A stretch of 64,000 nt of DNA from Mycobacteriales bacterium. Its GTDB lineage: Bacteria > Actinomycetota > Actinomycetes > JAFAQI01. Each line of letters opens with the position of its first letter. Position 1 is the stretch's first letter. The position numbers and the translations under genes are program-made. Below are positions 41,102 to 50,114 of this stretch, in pieces. The stretch covers positions 184,207-248,206 of the forward strand of contig DASZXY010000013.1 in assembly GCA_035545635.1 (NCBI GenBank), given 5' to 3'. Under the pieces are notes generated by a model, which made no database searches, was not told where the DNA came from, and saw only the letters and a program-made list of their open reading frames with translations.

Positions 41102-41550
41102 GAGCTCGCCTCCTGCGGCTTCCAGCGGTAGACGAGGTAGTCCTTCTCGTCGTCGGAGTAGAGCGTCTCGATGACGAGGTCCACTTTCGTGCCGACGCTG
41201 AGGTCGGCCACTCCGAAGCCGTCGGCGATCTGACCGAGCACGACCATCTGCTCGGCCTCGAGCTCGACGGCAGCGAGCGCGAACGGCACGTATGGGTCGC
41301 TGCGCGGAATGTATGGCGGCGGCGGTTGGTACTGCGCGTCGGTGAAGGACCAGATGGTTCCGGTGCGCGACAGCTCGATGTCGGCAAAGGCGTCGCCGCT
41401 GCAGTCCGGGTTGCGGCAGAAGTTCGACGCCTTCGGGAAGAAGACAGTGCCGCACGACGTACAGCGATTGCCGACCAGGGCCGGGTTGTCATCGATCGTG
41501 AACCAGCCCTCGACGGCGGGTACCCGCTCCCTGGCTGCGGTTTCTGACAC
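41098..41550 (-). CDS. DUF35 OB-fold / Zn-ribbon protein (thiolase partner)
   Basis: 150 aa. Cys4 ribbon CTSCGTVFFPKASNFCRNPDC plus an OB-fold region. Classic pairing with an SCP-x thiolase. Confidence 0.75.
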   Translation of the reverse strand: MSETAARERVPAVEGWFTIDDNPALVGNRCTSCGTVFFPKASNFCRNPDCSGDAFADIELSRTGTIWSFTDAQYQPPPPYIPRSDPYVPFALAAVELEAEQMVVLGQIADGFGVADLSVGTKVDLVIETLYSDDEKDYLVYRWKPQEASS

Positions 41551-41560
41551 CCCGTCAGAT
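41543..41560. promoter_or_regulatory. Palindrome TCTGACACCCCGTCAGAT (site E)
   Basis: Lies between the DUF35/Ltp operon start and the LLM gene. It is followed by a second inverted repeat, TTAGCGC-N8-GCGCTAA, at 41559-41583. Confidence 0.5.
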
Positions 41561-41590
41561 TAGCGCTCCCGACCGCGCTAATCTCCGGGG

Positions 41591-42490
41591 ATGGCTCCGA
41601 TCGTCCCTACCGGCAAGGTCGTCTACGGCATGCAGCTGCCGGTGCAGGCACAGAGCAAGTACTTCGTCGAGCCGTGGGAGATCGATGCCGGTCCGGCCGA
41701 GATGCTCGCGGTCGCCAAGGCGGCGGACGAGTCCGGCTTCTTCTACATCGGTGTCTGTGACCACGTCGCCATCCCCGACGACCTGTCGCCCAAGATGAGC
41801 GCGGTCTGGTACGACACGATCGCGACCCTGGGCTGGCTCGCCGGGCAGACGAAGCAGACGCGGCTGCTGTCGACGGTTTTCAACCTGGCCTACCGCCACC
41901 CGCTCGTCAGCGCGAAGTCGTTCTCGACCCTCGACCTGCTCTCCGACGGTCGGGTGATCGTCGGGCTCGGCGTCGGCCACGTCGAGAAGGAGTTCGCGGC
42001 ACTCGGCCTCGACGTCAGCAGACGCGCCGAGCTCACCACCGAGGCGTATCCGGTGTTCGAGCAGGCCCTCACCGACGGCAAGGTCGGTGAGATGGAGATC
42101 GAGCCGCGCGCGGTGCAGCAGCCGAGGCCCCCGATCTGGTTCGGCGGCGGCGTGGCCGCTGCGGTGAAGCGGGCCGCGAAGGCCGACGGCTGGATCCCGC
42201 AAGGAACGCCGCAGGAGCAGCTCCCCGACCTCATCGCGCTGTTCCGCAAGGAGCGCGGCGACGACACCGGCGACATCGGTGCCATCAGTGAGTGGATCTA
42301 CGTCGGCGAGCCGACGTGGGATCTTGGCCGGCCCGCCGTCACCGGCTCGCCCGAGCAGATCGCCGAGGCGATGAAGGCCTGGACATCGCTCGGCGTGAAC
42401 CATCTGCAAGTGAGGTTCCCGAGCCGGTCTGTCGGCGAGCTGGTCGATCAGGTATCTGCGTTCGGCGCCACGGTCGGCCCACTGCTCTGA
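41591..42490 (+). CDS. LLM-class F420-dependent oxidoreductase
   Basis: Luciferase-like fold, 299 aa, of the TIGR03619-like type. Confidence 0.85.
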   Translation: MAPIVPTGKVVYGMQLPVQAQSKYFVEPWEIDAGPAEMLAVAKAADESGFFYIGVCDHVAIPDDLSPKMSAVWYDTIATLGWLAGQTKQTRLLSTVFNLAYRHPLVSAKSFSTLDLLSDGRVIVGLGVGHVEKEFAALGLDVSRRAELTTEAYPVFEQALTDGKVGEMEIEPRAVQQPRPPIWFGGGVAAAVKRAAKADGWIPQGTPQEQLPDLIALFRKERGDDTGDIGAISEWIYVGEPTWDLGRPAVTGSPEQIAEAMKAWTSLGVNHLQVRFPSRSVGELVDQVSAFGATVGPLL

Positions 42491-42501
42491 CGGACAACGC
42501 C

Positions 42502-43173
42502 GTGCCGGATAAGTCAGGACGGACGGAGCCGACCAGCGGTCGGCGTGCCGGCGACACCTCACGTGCCGAAGTCGACCTCGACCGCGCCGTCCTGGCGCAG
42601 CGGCTCGCCAAGTTCGATCGGCGCGAGCACGACCTCGAACAGCGCCGTGCAGCCGCGGTCGCGGTGGCTGTGGTCGTCGACGACGACGGTCCCGGCATCC
42701 TCGTCACCCGGCGGGCGGCGAAACTGCGCGCCCACCCTGGCCAATGGGCACTACCCGGCGGGCGGCTCGACGAAGGCGAAGACGCCGAACAGGCCGCGCT
42801 GCGAGAGCTACACGAAGAGCTCGGTCTCGACCTGCAGCGCGACGTCGTACTCGGGCGGCTCGACGACTACTCGACACGTTCGGGCTACCGGATCACACCT
42901 GTCGTGCTGTGGGCCGGATCGGTCGTCGGCGACATGACGCCCAACCCGGAAGAGGTCGCGAGCGTCCACGTCGCACACGCCACCGACTACGACGTCGATC
43001 CGATGTTCGCGTCGATTCCAGAGTCGCCCGACCCGATCATCCGGGTGTCGATGCTCGGCGCTTGGATCCACGCGCCAACGGCGGCCGTGGTCTACCAGTT
43101 CCGAGAGCTGGCCCTCCACGGCCGCACGACGAGAGTCGCCCACTTCGAGCAACCCGTCTTCGCCTGGCGCTGA
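42502..43173 (+). CDS. NUDIX hydrolase (CoA-pyrophosphatase-like)
   Basis: Nudix box GGRLDEGEDAEQAALRELHEELG. GTG at 42502 after the LLM stop. The track ORF from 42292 overlaps the LLM gene. Confidence 0.75.
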   Translation: MPDKSGRTEPTSGRRAGDTSRAEVDLDRAVLAQRLAKFDRREHDLEQRRAAAVAVAVVVDDDGPGILVTRRAAKLRAHPGQWALPGGRLDEGEDAEQAALRELHEELGLDLQRDVVLGRLDDYSTRSGYRITPVVLWAGSVVGDMTPNPEEVASVHVAHATDYDVDPMFASIPESPDPIIRVSMLGAWIHAPTAAVVYQFRELALHGRTTRVAHFEQPVFAWR

Positions 43174-43188
43174 ACCATCAGCGACGCG

Positions 43189-43599
43189 TTAGGCCGCGGT
43201 GAGGACGCCCGGCTTGCGCTGCTCGGCGATGCGGTGGACCTCGAAGGCGACCTCGGGCTCGGCGAGAATGCTCGCGAACTCCTGAGCGCTCATCACGAGG
43301 GCCTCTACGTCGCCGGCCGCGGTGACCGTCGCGTTGCGGGGGGCGTGGCCCAGCAGGGCCATCTCACCGACGACCGCGCCGGTGCTGAGGGTGGCGAGGT
43401 GCTCGGCACCCCGGCTGACCTCAACCTCGCCGTCGACGATGATGAAGGCCTCCCGGCCGAGCTTGCCCTCTTCGCAGAGGACGTCGCCGTCTCTGAACGC
43501 GACCGGCGTGAGCAATGCGTCGACGCGCGCAACGGCGCGCCTGGACAGCCCGGCGAATACGGGCAGCTTGCGCAGGTCGGCTCGGGTGTGTCGAGCCAT
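43189..43599 (-). CDS. Cyclic-nucleotide-binding domain protein
   Basis: cNMP-binding beta-barrel (FRDGDVLCEEGKLGREAFIIVDGEVEV...GEMALL). ATG at 43599 with a GGAGTGAGG RBS. Confidence 0.7.
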   Translation of the reverse strand: MARHTRADLRKLPVFAGLSRRAVARVDALLTPVAFRDGDVLCEEGKLGREAFIIVDGEVEVSRGAEHLATLSTGAVVGEMALLGHAPRNATVTAAGDVEALVMSAQEFASILAEPEVAFEVHRIAEQRKPGVLTAA

Positions 43600-43868
43600 G
43601 GTGCACCTCACTCCTTGTGGGAGAACACGTTCTACTTCCACTGCTAACTAAAGCAAGCAAACGTGACGGGGATATTTCCTGCAAGGGAATTTGTTGTGTG
43701 ACCTTGCCCACAGCCCGGGATAACTCCCGGGGATAAGCGGTCCCCCTACGAACGATTTACGGCGAATTCACCCGCCCTTCACACCTCGCCTCACCCTGTG
43801 ACAGGTCCGTTGGCGAGGCGCGTTGAACAGATGAACCATGACCGTCCGCTCCCGGCTCACCGCCGTCG

Positions 43869-46064
43869 TTGCCCTGGTCGGGTGCCCTCGCAGTGCCGCT
43901 GGCCCCCTCCGCTCACGCCGGCCGGCCGCGGCAGCTCCGCATCGAGGTGCTCTCGACCCGGGCCGACCTGGTGTCGGGGCAGGTCGCCGTCGTGGCGGTC
44001 GATCTCCCCGCGGGCGTGAAGCCGTCGTCGGTCCGGGTGCGCCTCGGTCACCGCGACATCACACGGGAGTTCGCCGTACGCCCGAACCACCGGTTCGCCG
44101 CACTCGTCCACGGGCTGAACACCGGACGCAACGTCGTCGTCGCGACCGCCCGCGGCGCCCGCGGCGCGCGGCTGACGATCACGGACCATCCGCTGGGCGG
44201 ACCCGTCTTCGCCGGGCCACAGCTCCCCGCCTGGCAGTGCGAGGCAGGCGCAGTCGACGCGAAGTGCGACAAGCCCGCGGCGTTCAGCTATCTCTACCGC
44301 TCCTCGGACCCGACGAAGGCGGGGCTTCAGCCGTACAACCTCAACCATCCGGCGTCGGACGTCGCGATGACGACTACGGACACGGGTGTCACCGTCCCGT
44401 TCATCGTGCGCAAGGAGATCGACTACCAGGACCGCGACCAGGTCATCTACATGACGCTGTTCCAGCCCGGGAAGCGCTGGAGTCGCTGGTCGCCGCAACC
44501 GCAGTTCGCCCACAAGCTGCTGATCACGCACGGTGGCGGTTGCGGTGCCTCCCACGGCTCGGGCAACGCGCCGACTGATGACTTCAGCGGCACGATCCCG
44601 ACGGTGCCCGGAGTCACGCAGAGCTACATCACCGCTCTCGGCAAGGGCTTCGGCGTGATGTCGACCGCGCTCGACAACAACGGGCACAACTGCAACGGCG
44701 TGCTCCAGGCCGAGTCGCTGGTCATGGCGAAAGAGCACTTCATCGACCAGTACGGCGACGTCCGCTACACGATCGGCACCGGCTGCTCAGGTGGCTCGAT
44801 CGCACAACAGCAGGTCGCCAATTCCTACCCCGGCGGCGTCTACAACGGCCTCATCGTCACGTGCGCCTACCCCGACGACTTCTCGACAGCGGCGGAGTTC
44901 GTCGACTACCACCTGTTGCGCCTCTACTTCGAGGATCCGTCGAAGTGGGGTGCCGGCATCGCATGGACACCCTTGCAATGGTCGTTGGTCGAAGGCCGCC
45001 CCGACCCCGTCAACGCGATCGTCGCTGACGAGGCGTTCCTCAAGAGCGCCATCAACCCAGGCGGCGACTGCGCGGGCAAGCGCACCTACAACGCGAAGAC
45101 CAATCCGAAGGGCGTGCGGTGCTCGGTGATCGATGCCGCGATCAACGTCCTCGGTCCACGGCCGAAGCAGGACTGGACCAGACAGGAGAAGGCCGCCGGC
45201 CATGGGTTCGCGGGGATCCCGCTCGGCAACGTCGGCGTCATGTACGGCCTCAGCGCCCTCGAGGATGGCCTGATCACGGCCGACCAGTTCATCGATCTGA
45301 ACGCCAAGATCGGCGGGCTGAACATCGATGGCGGCTGGCGCCACGCGCGCATCCCCGGCGATCGCAGATCGCTCCGCGCCGCCTACCGCTCGGGCCTCAT
45401 CAACGAGGCCAACAACATGGGCAATGTCGCGATCATCGACGCCGCGGGACCGGATCCAGGTGTCGCGCACGACTACGTCCACACGTGGTGGATGCGCGAC
45501 CGCATCGAGCGCGCGCTGGGCGGGCTCGGCAACCACGTGCTCTGGTACGGCCCGGTGCCGCTGGTCGGCGACGTCAACTGGATGAACGTGGCGCTGAACC
45601 GGATGGACAGCTGGCTCGCGGACATCGCCGGCGACCACTCCTCACGGTCCGTAGCGCAGAAGGTTCTTGCCGACCGGCCGGCCAATGTGCACGACCGTTG
45701 TGAGTACGCACCCGACGAGACTTCACAGCTCGACACCGCGCCGACCGACGGCGTCTGCCTGCCGCCCATCACCCAGACGCGCTACCAGACGCCGCGGATC
45801 GTCGCGGGCAGCGACGAGGCCAGCGACATCGTCGCGTGCTCGCTCAAGCCGTTGCTTCGCTACCAGTACCCCAACGGGCTGTTCACCGATGCCCAGTGGC
45901 AGAAGCTGCAAGCCATCTTCCCGCACGGTGTGTGCAACTGGTCGGCACGCGGGATCGGGCAGCAAGACACGATCCCGTGGCAGACCTATCAGGATGCGAA
46001 GGGGCATGTCATCTACGGCGGCCGGCCGCTCGGCCCGGCGCCGGTGTCCGCCCCGATCGACTAG
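43869..46064 (+). CDS. Secreted large alpha/beta-hydrolase, tannase/feruloyl-esterase-like (DUF6351-like)
   Basis: 731 aa with a GCSGGS nucleophile motif and many Cys pairs. See the finding on the split signal peptide at the 5' end. Confidence 0.65.
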   Translation: MPWSGALAVPLAPSAHAGRPRQLRIEVLSTRADLVSGQVAVVAVDLPAGVKPSSVRVRLGHRDITREFAVRPNHRFAALVHGLNTGRNVVVATARGARGARLTITDHPLGGPVFAGPQLPAWQCEAGAVDAKCDKPAAFSYLYRSSDPTKAGLQPYNLNHPASDVAMTTTDTGVTVPFIVRKEIDYQDRDQVIYMTLFQPGKRWSRWSPQPQFAHKLLITHGGGCGASHGSGNAPTDDFSGTIPTVPGVTQSYITALGKGFGVMSTALDNNGHNCNGVLQAESLVMAKEHFIDQYGDVRYTIGTGCSGGSIAQQQVANSYPGGVYNGLIVTCAYPDDFSTAAEFVDYHLLRLYFEDPSKWGAGIAWTPLQWSLVEGRPDPVNAIVADEAFLKSAINPGGDCAGKRTYNAKTNPKGVRCSVIDAAINVLGPRPKQDWTRQEKAAGHGFAGIPLGNVGVMYGLSALEDGLITADQFIDLNAKIGGLNIDGGWRHARIPGDRRSLRAAYRSGLINEANNMGNVAIIDAAGPDPGVAHDYVHTWWMRDRIERALGGLGNHVLWYGPVPLVGDVNWMNVALNRMDSWLADIAGDHSSRSVAQKVLADRPANVHDRCEYAPDETSQLDTAPTDGVCLPPITQTRYQTPRIVAGSDEASDIVACSLKPLLRYQYPNGLFTDAQWQKLQAIFPHGVCNWSARGIGQQDTIPWQTYQDAKGHVIYGGRPLGPAPVSAPID

Positions 46065-47827
46065 ACGCCGAGCAGCTTCCAGCTCAGCAACACCGCGGTG
46101 GACGCGGCGGTCAGTAACGTCGCCACCGCGGCTGAACCGCCGCTCCGCCAGGTCACCACCGCGAGCGCGCCAGAACACGTGGCATGCCCATCAGAAAGCT
46201 TCGCGTTGGCGATCACATGGCGCACGATCACCGCGCTGGTAGCCAGCAGGTACGTGGCCGACTGCACCAACAGCAGGATCGTCAGGCCCATCGTCCATTG
46301 CGGGTGCGCGGCGACCGCGATCACCACAGCCGGCGCCAAAGCAAGGACCAGCAGCGGTGAGAGCAGCTTCACGGACAGCGGTCGAATGTCGGTCAGCCCC
46401 TTGGGTGTGACCCGGAACGGCTTCGGCATCGGCTTGCGGCCGGCCCACATCCCTTGGAAGAACCCCCACGTCGTCCATGGCCAGCGAACCAGCTGGAACA
46501 GCACCAGGTCCGTCGACCACAGCTTGGCCTGCACCGGGCGCATCACGCCACACCGACGCAGCCACGCCAGAGTGCCCATCAAGAACATCGACGGCACCCA
46601 GAGGCGAAGGTAGAACTCCAGAAAGCTGGTGTTGCCCCAGGCTGTCGCGGTCAGAACACCGATCGCCGGCAGGCTGACCGCGGCGAGGCAGATCAGTCCC
46701 TGAACGAGATAGAAGAACAGCGCGAAGCCCATGCGTGCGCGTGCCTTGGCAGGCACGGTGCGGAACTTCCGCGGCGCCCACTTCGTGAGGATCGTGCCGA
46801 GGCTCCGCGACCACTGCAGCTCCTGCGTGATCATGTCGTCGAAGGTCTCCGGTCCGTCGCCGTGAGCCTCTGCATCGATGGCGAAGGCGCCCGCCCAGCC
46901 CGCCGACTGCAGCCACAACGTGGTCGCGTAGTCCTCTGCGAGCTCAGGTCCAAGACCTCCTACATCGCGCAATGCCGCCGTACGAACCGCGTAGTGAGAC
47001 CCGATGCAAAGCGGCGCCCAGCCGCCATTCGAGCCCGCCTGCACAGCTCCGTGCAGCGATGCCTCCCGGTGCAGCCTGCCTTTGACCGTCCAGCCCTTGT
47101 GCTCGTTCGCGTCGCAGACACTCGGCGCCGCGACATAGCCGACAGCAGGATCAGCAAACGGTCGAACCATCTCGGTGAGATAGCTCGGCGCCGGCACATG
47201 ATCGGCGTCCAGTTGCGCGACGACGTCGTAGCGCGTGTAGCCGTACTTGTCGTAGAAGTAGGCGAGGTTGCCTTCCTTGCTCTTGGTACGTCGCGGCCAG
47301 ACCGGCTGGTGGTAGTCCGCAATCCCGGCCCGCGTCGAGATGTGGACGCCGTTGAGCCGGCACCACTCGAGGGCTTCTTCGCTCGGCTGCTCGTCAGCCA
47401 GCCAGACGTCATACGCGTAAGGCAGGTCCTGCGTGAGCATCGCGCGGAGGGTCTGGACCACCATCGCCCACGGCTCGGAGGGTGCCTTCGTCACCACGAT
47501 CGCCACCCGAAGATCCGGCAACGGCAACCGCGGATTCGGGCGCTTCATCCGGCAGGCGAAGAACAGAAAGTACGCACCGAGCAGGAACAACCACGCCAGG
47601 CCGACGGTGCCGAGGGATCGGCCATAGCCCCACGGGCCTCGCGCGGGCGCAAGCCACCACAACCAGAACATGGCGGCTCCGCCGGCCCATGCCGTCACCA
47701 ACAGGCGAAGAACGACCTCCTGGTGGACGCTGAGAATGGGCACCAGGTATCGCGCGCGGCGATGTCTCCCCCTCTGAACGCGAGTGAGCGGTAGACGAGC
47801 GGTCGTCGCCGGCTCCGCAAAGATCAC
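46061..47827 (-). CDS. Polytopic family-2 glycosyltransferase (cellulose-synthase/NodC-like processive synthase), copy 1
   Basis: Two N-terminal TM helices, a cytoplasmic GT-A domain (DAD, DADH, GPELAEDY, QELQWSRS, which is QxxRW-like) and 4-5 C-terminal TM helices. Confidence 0.85.
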   Translation of the reverse strand: MIFAEPATTARLPLTRVQRGRHRRARYLVPILSVHQEVVLRLLVTAWAGGAAMFWLWWLAPARGPWGYGRSLGTVGLAWLFLLGAYFLFFACRMKRPNPRLPLPDLRVAIVVTKAPSEPWAMVVQTLRAMLTQDLPYAYDVWLADEQPSEEALEWCRLNGVHISTRAGIADYHQPVWPRRTKSKEGNLAYFYDKYGYTRYDVVAQLDADHVPAPSYLTEMVRPFADPAVGYVAAPSVCDANEHKGWTVKGRLHREASLHGAVQAGSNGGWAPLCIGSHYAVRTAALRDVGGLGPELAEDYATTLWLQSAGWAGAFAIDAEAHGDGPETFDDMITQELQWSRSLGTILTKWAPRKFRTVPAKARARMGFALFFYLVQGLICLAAVSLPAIGVLTATAWGNTSFLEFYLRLWVPSMFLMGTLAWLRRCGVMRPVQAKLWSTDLVLFQLVRWPWTTWGFFQGMWAGRKPMPKPFRVTPKGLTDIRPLSVKLLSPLLVLALAPAVVIAVAAHPQWTMGLTILLLVQSATYLLATSAVIVRHVIANAKLSDGHATCSGALAVVTWRSGGSAAVATLLTAASTAVLLSWKLLGV

Positions 47828-47865
47828 GGCATACCCGGCGGGTGTCGTGATGAATGTCGAGGTCG

Positions 47866-48078
47866 TCAGGACGAGTCACCGTCCGACACGCGCGCGATCA
47901 CCCCGAGCATCAGAATTCCAGTGATCAGAAGCACCAGACCGAGCGCGACCAGCTCCATCAGGTGGCTGGCGCCCGTGTAGGGCAGCGCCTTGATGGCGGA
48001 AGCGCCCTTCACTCCCGAACCTGTGCCGACCAGAGCGCCGACAACGGCGGCACCACCAGTACCGGCTGAAACGCTCAT
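47866..48078 (-). CDS. 70-aa small membrane peptide with an LPYTG motif, copy 1
   Basis: MSVSAGTGGAAVVGALVGTGSGVKGASAIKALPYTGASHLMELVALGLVLLITGILMLGVIARVSDGDSS. ATG at 48078 with an AAGGGAAAG RBS. 38 bp upstream of, and co-oriented with, GT2 copy 1. A paralog lies at 51925..52137. Confidence 0.55.
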   Translation of the reverse strand: MSVSAGTGGAAVVGALVGTGSGVKGASAIKALPYTGASHLMELVALGLVLLITGILMLGVIARVSDGDSS

Positions 48079-48308
48079 GACTGACTTTCCCTTTCGCAAC
48101 TCTCGACGTGTCCAGGCTGCGTGCGAGGGTCAGATGCGACTAGGGCCCTTCGTCACAGCGGGCTCGTCGTGGTGACTAGTCAGCACCGGGCGGATGATCA
48201 CTTCTCGCTATTGCTCGTCAGCTCACGCGGCTGCAACGCTCCCTATCGGCACTTCGTCCGAATTCTTCGGATGTCCACCGGCTTGGTCGGAGACCTGAGG
48301 GGGTCCGC

Positions 48309-50060
48309 GTGGCGCGCCGTTGGTTGTTGGCAGCGACAGCGGCGCTGTTCGCACTCCAGCTGCCGACGCCGGCTAGCGCATCCGCACCCCCGCCCGGGGT
48401 CGCGACGATCGTCACCGCCTCGATGCATCCGAGCACCGTCAAGGCGGGCGGATCCACCACCGTCTTCGCGAACGTCAGCGGTGCCTTCAACCGCAAGGTT
48501 CGGCTGCAGGTCAGCCGCGATGGCACCTGGCAGACCCTGCTCAAGGGTCGGCTGACGAAGAAGTCGTCGTCGTACGCATTTCGGCTTCACGACCTGCCCG
48601 TCGGCGCCTACACCCTCCGGGTCTGGGTGCCGATCGACCCCGGCTACGCCTTCAGCCAGTCACTCGAGCTGAGAGTCGAGTCCGTGCTCCCATCCACCAA
48701 CGCCGTGACGGACGGCGCATGGACAGGGACGCAGATTCCGTTGCCGAGGGACGCCGACGTCGATTCGAAGCCCTACGTCGGCCCGACCGCATGCACGACG
48801 ACCGGCGTCTGCATCGCGACGGCCAACTACGTGACGAGGTCCGGCGCGTCCGCAACTTCCATTGACGCGACGATTGGTGGGGCGTGGTTCCCGACCGAGA
48901 TCCCACGCATGCACCTCGAGGGCGCCGCATGTACGGACGTCGGCTGTGTGGTCGTCGGCGACAGCTCTGCCACAGCGGGCGCGACAACGCCGTACGCCGA
49001 AGTGCTCAACAACGGGACCTGGACAGGTCACGAGCTCCCCCTTCCTCCCGACGGCGTGCCGAGCATCTGGACCGTTCTGAGCCGGGTCGCCTGCCAACCG
49101 GGCGGGACGTGCATCGCAACCGGCGGGTACTACGACAAGAACGACGTGCAGCTTCCGCTCATCGAAACGTTGAGCCTCGGCGGGTGGGCGGCTAACGCGA
49201 CTGCTGCACCCCTGCCAGACGACGCGGGTGAGGAGCCCGGCAATCGAGAGTGGCGAGGTGGCAAAGGTCCGGGGCTGAGCGGTGGGGTCGCGTGCCCGAC
49301 CAATGGCTACTGCGTCGCAGTCGGCTACTACCACGACACGGCGGGGTCCTACCAAGGGCTGATCGAGACGCTCTCCGATGGCAAGTGGACGGCGGCGAGG
49401 GCGCCGCTTCCACCGATTGCCGGCAACCCGACGCCACGGGACTCCTACGAAGATGCCGACCCCATCTACTACGGACTCGCCTGCTACGCGGCTGAACACT
49501 GCGCCGCAGCCGGCACCGACGAAGTTGCCGGTGGGCAAGGAATGGTCCTCACCCTCGACGGAGGATCATGGGCAGCTGAGACCGTGTACCCGAATCAGGC
49601 GTTGCCGTCAGTTGGCGGCCTGGGAGGGGTGACGTGCAGCCCTGACGGGACCTGCCTGGCGGGCGGTAGCGCCTATTGGTCGGACGGCAGCATGGACGGA
49701 ATCATCGACTCCTACGGCAAGGGCGCGTGGACCGTCGGTAAGGTGGCAGCCCCATCCGACGTGTCCCCCAAGGCCCGAGGTGTCGCTGGACTCGGCGTGG
49801 TCGCGTGCACCGTCGTCGACACCTGCGTCGCGGCGGGCAGCTACCGGGACGTCAACCTCAACTCGTCAGGGGTCCTCGCGACCCGCGTGCTCGGGACCTG
49901 GACGGCGCTCAAGGCTCCGGTGCCACTCGGCGCCGCACTGAACCCGAACACCGCGTTCGTCTCCGCCAGCTGCGGATTGACGCTGTGTGTCGCGGATGGC
50001 ATCTACACCGATCACTTGGGCAACGTGCAAGGTCTGCTCGAGACGTTCGCCGCCGGCTGA
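48309..50060 (+). CDS. Secreted protein built of eight ~43-aa Cys-pair repeats
   Basis: Signal peptide MARRWLLAATAALFALQLPTPASA. Repeats of the form [VL]ACxxxGxCxAxGxYxD...GL[IL]ETxSxGxWTAxxAPLP. No known domain. Confidence 0.7.
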   Translation: MARRWLLAATAALFALQLPTPASASAPPPGVATIVTASMHPSTVKAGGSTTVFANVSGAFNRKVRLQVSRDGTWQTLLKGRLTKKSSSYAFRLHDLPVGAYTLRVWVPIDPGYAFSQSLELRVESVLPSTNAVTDGAWTGTQIPLPRDADVDSKPYVGPTACTTTGVCIATANYVTRSGASATSIDATIGGAWFPTEIPRMHLEGAACTDVGCVVVGDSSATAGATTPYAEVLNNGTWTGHELPLPPDGVPSIWTVLSRVACQPGGTCIATGGYYDKNDVQLPLIETLSLGGWAANATAAPLPDDAGEEPGNREWRGGKGPGLSGGVACPTNGYCVAVGYYHDTAGSYQGLIETLSDGKWTAARAPLPPIAGNPTPRDSYEDADPIYYGLACYAAEHCAAAGTDEVAGGQGMVLTLDGGSWAAETVYPNQALPSVGGLGGVTCSPDGTCLAGGSAYWSDGSMDGIIDSYGKGAWTVGKVAAPSDVSPKARGVAGLGVVACTVVDTCVAAGSYRDVNLNSSGVLATRVLGTWTALKAPVPLGAALNPNTAFVSASCGLTLCVADGIYTDHLGNVQGLLETFAAG

Positions 50061-50114
50061 CCCAACGCTGCGTCGTTCGCCGGGCAACCTGCGAGCCGTT
50101 GCCGCGATCACCGC

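Noticed and set aside
43838-44578. 246-aa Arg-rich ORF beginning at ATG 43838
   Set aside because: Only its first ~15 codons look like a real signal peptide (see finding). The remainder is an alternative frame of the hydrolase gene.
48168-48177. Perfect 10-bp palindrome TGACTAGTCA in the spacer upstream of the repeat protein
   Set aside because: A single occurrence, short and containing a SpeI-like site. It could be a regulator site, but there is no corroborating second copy or context.
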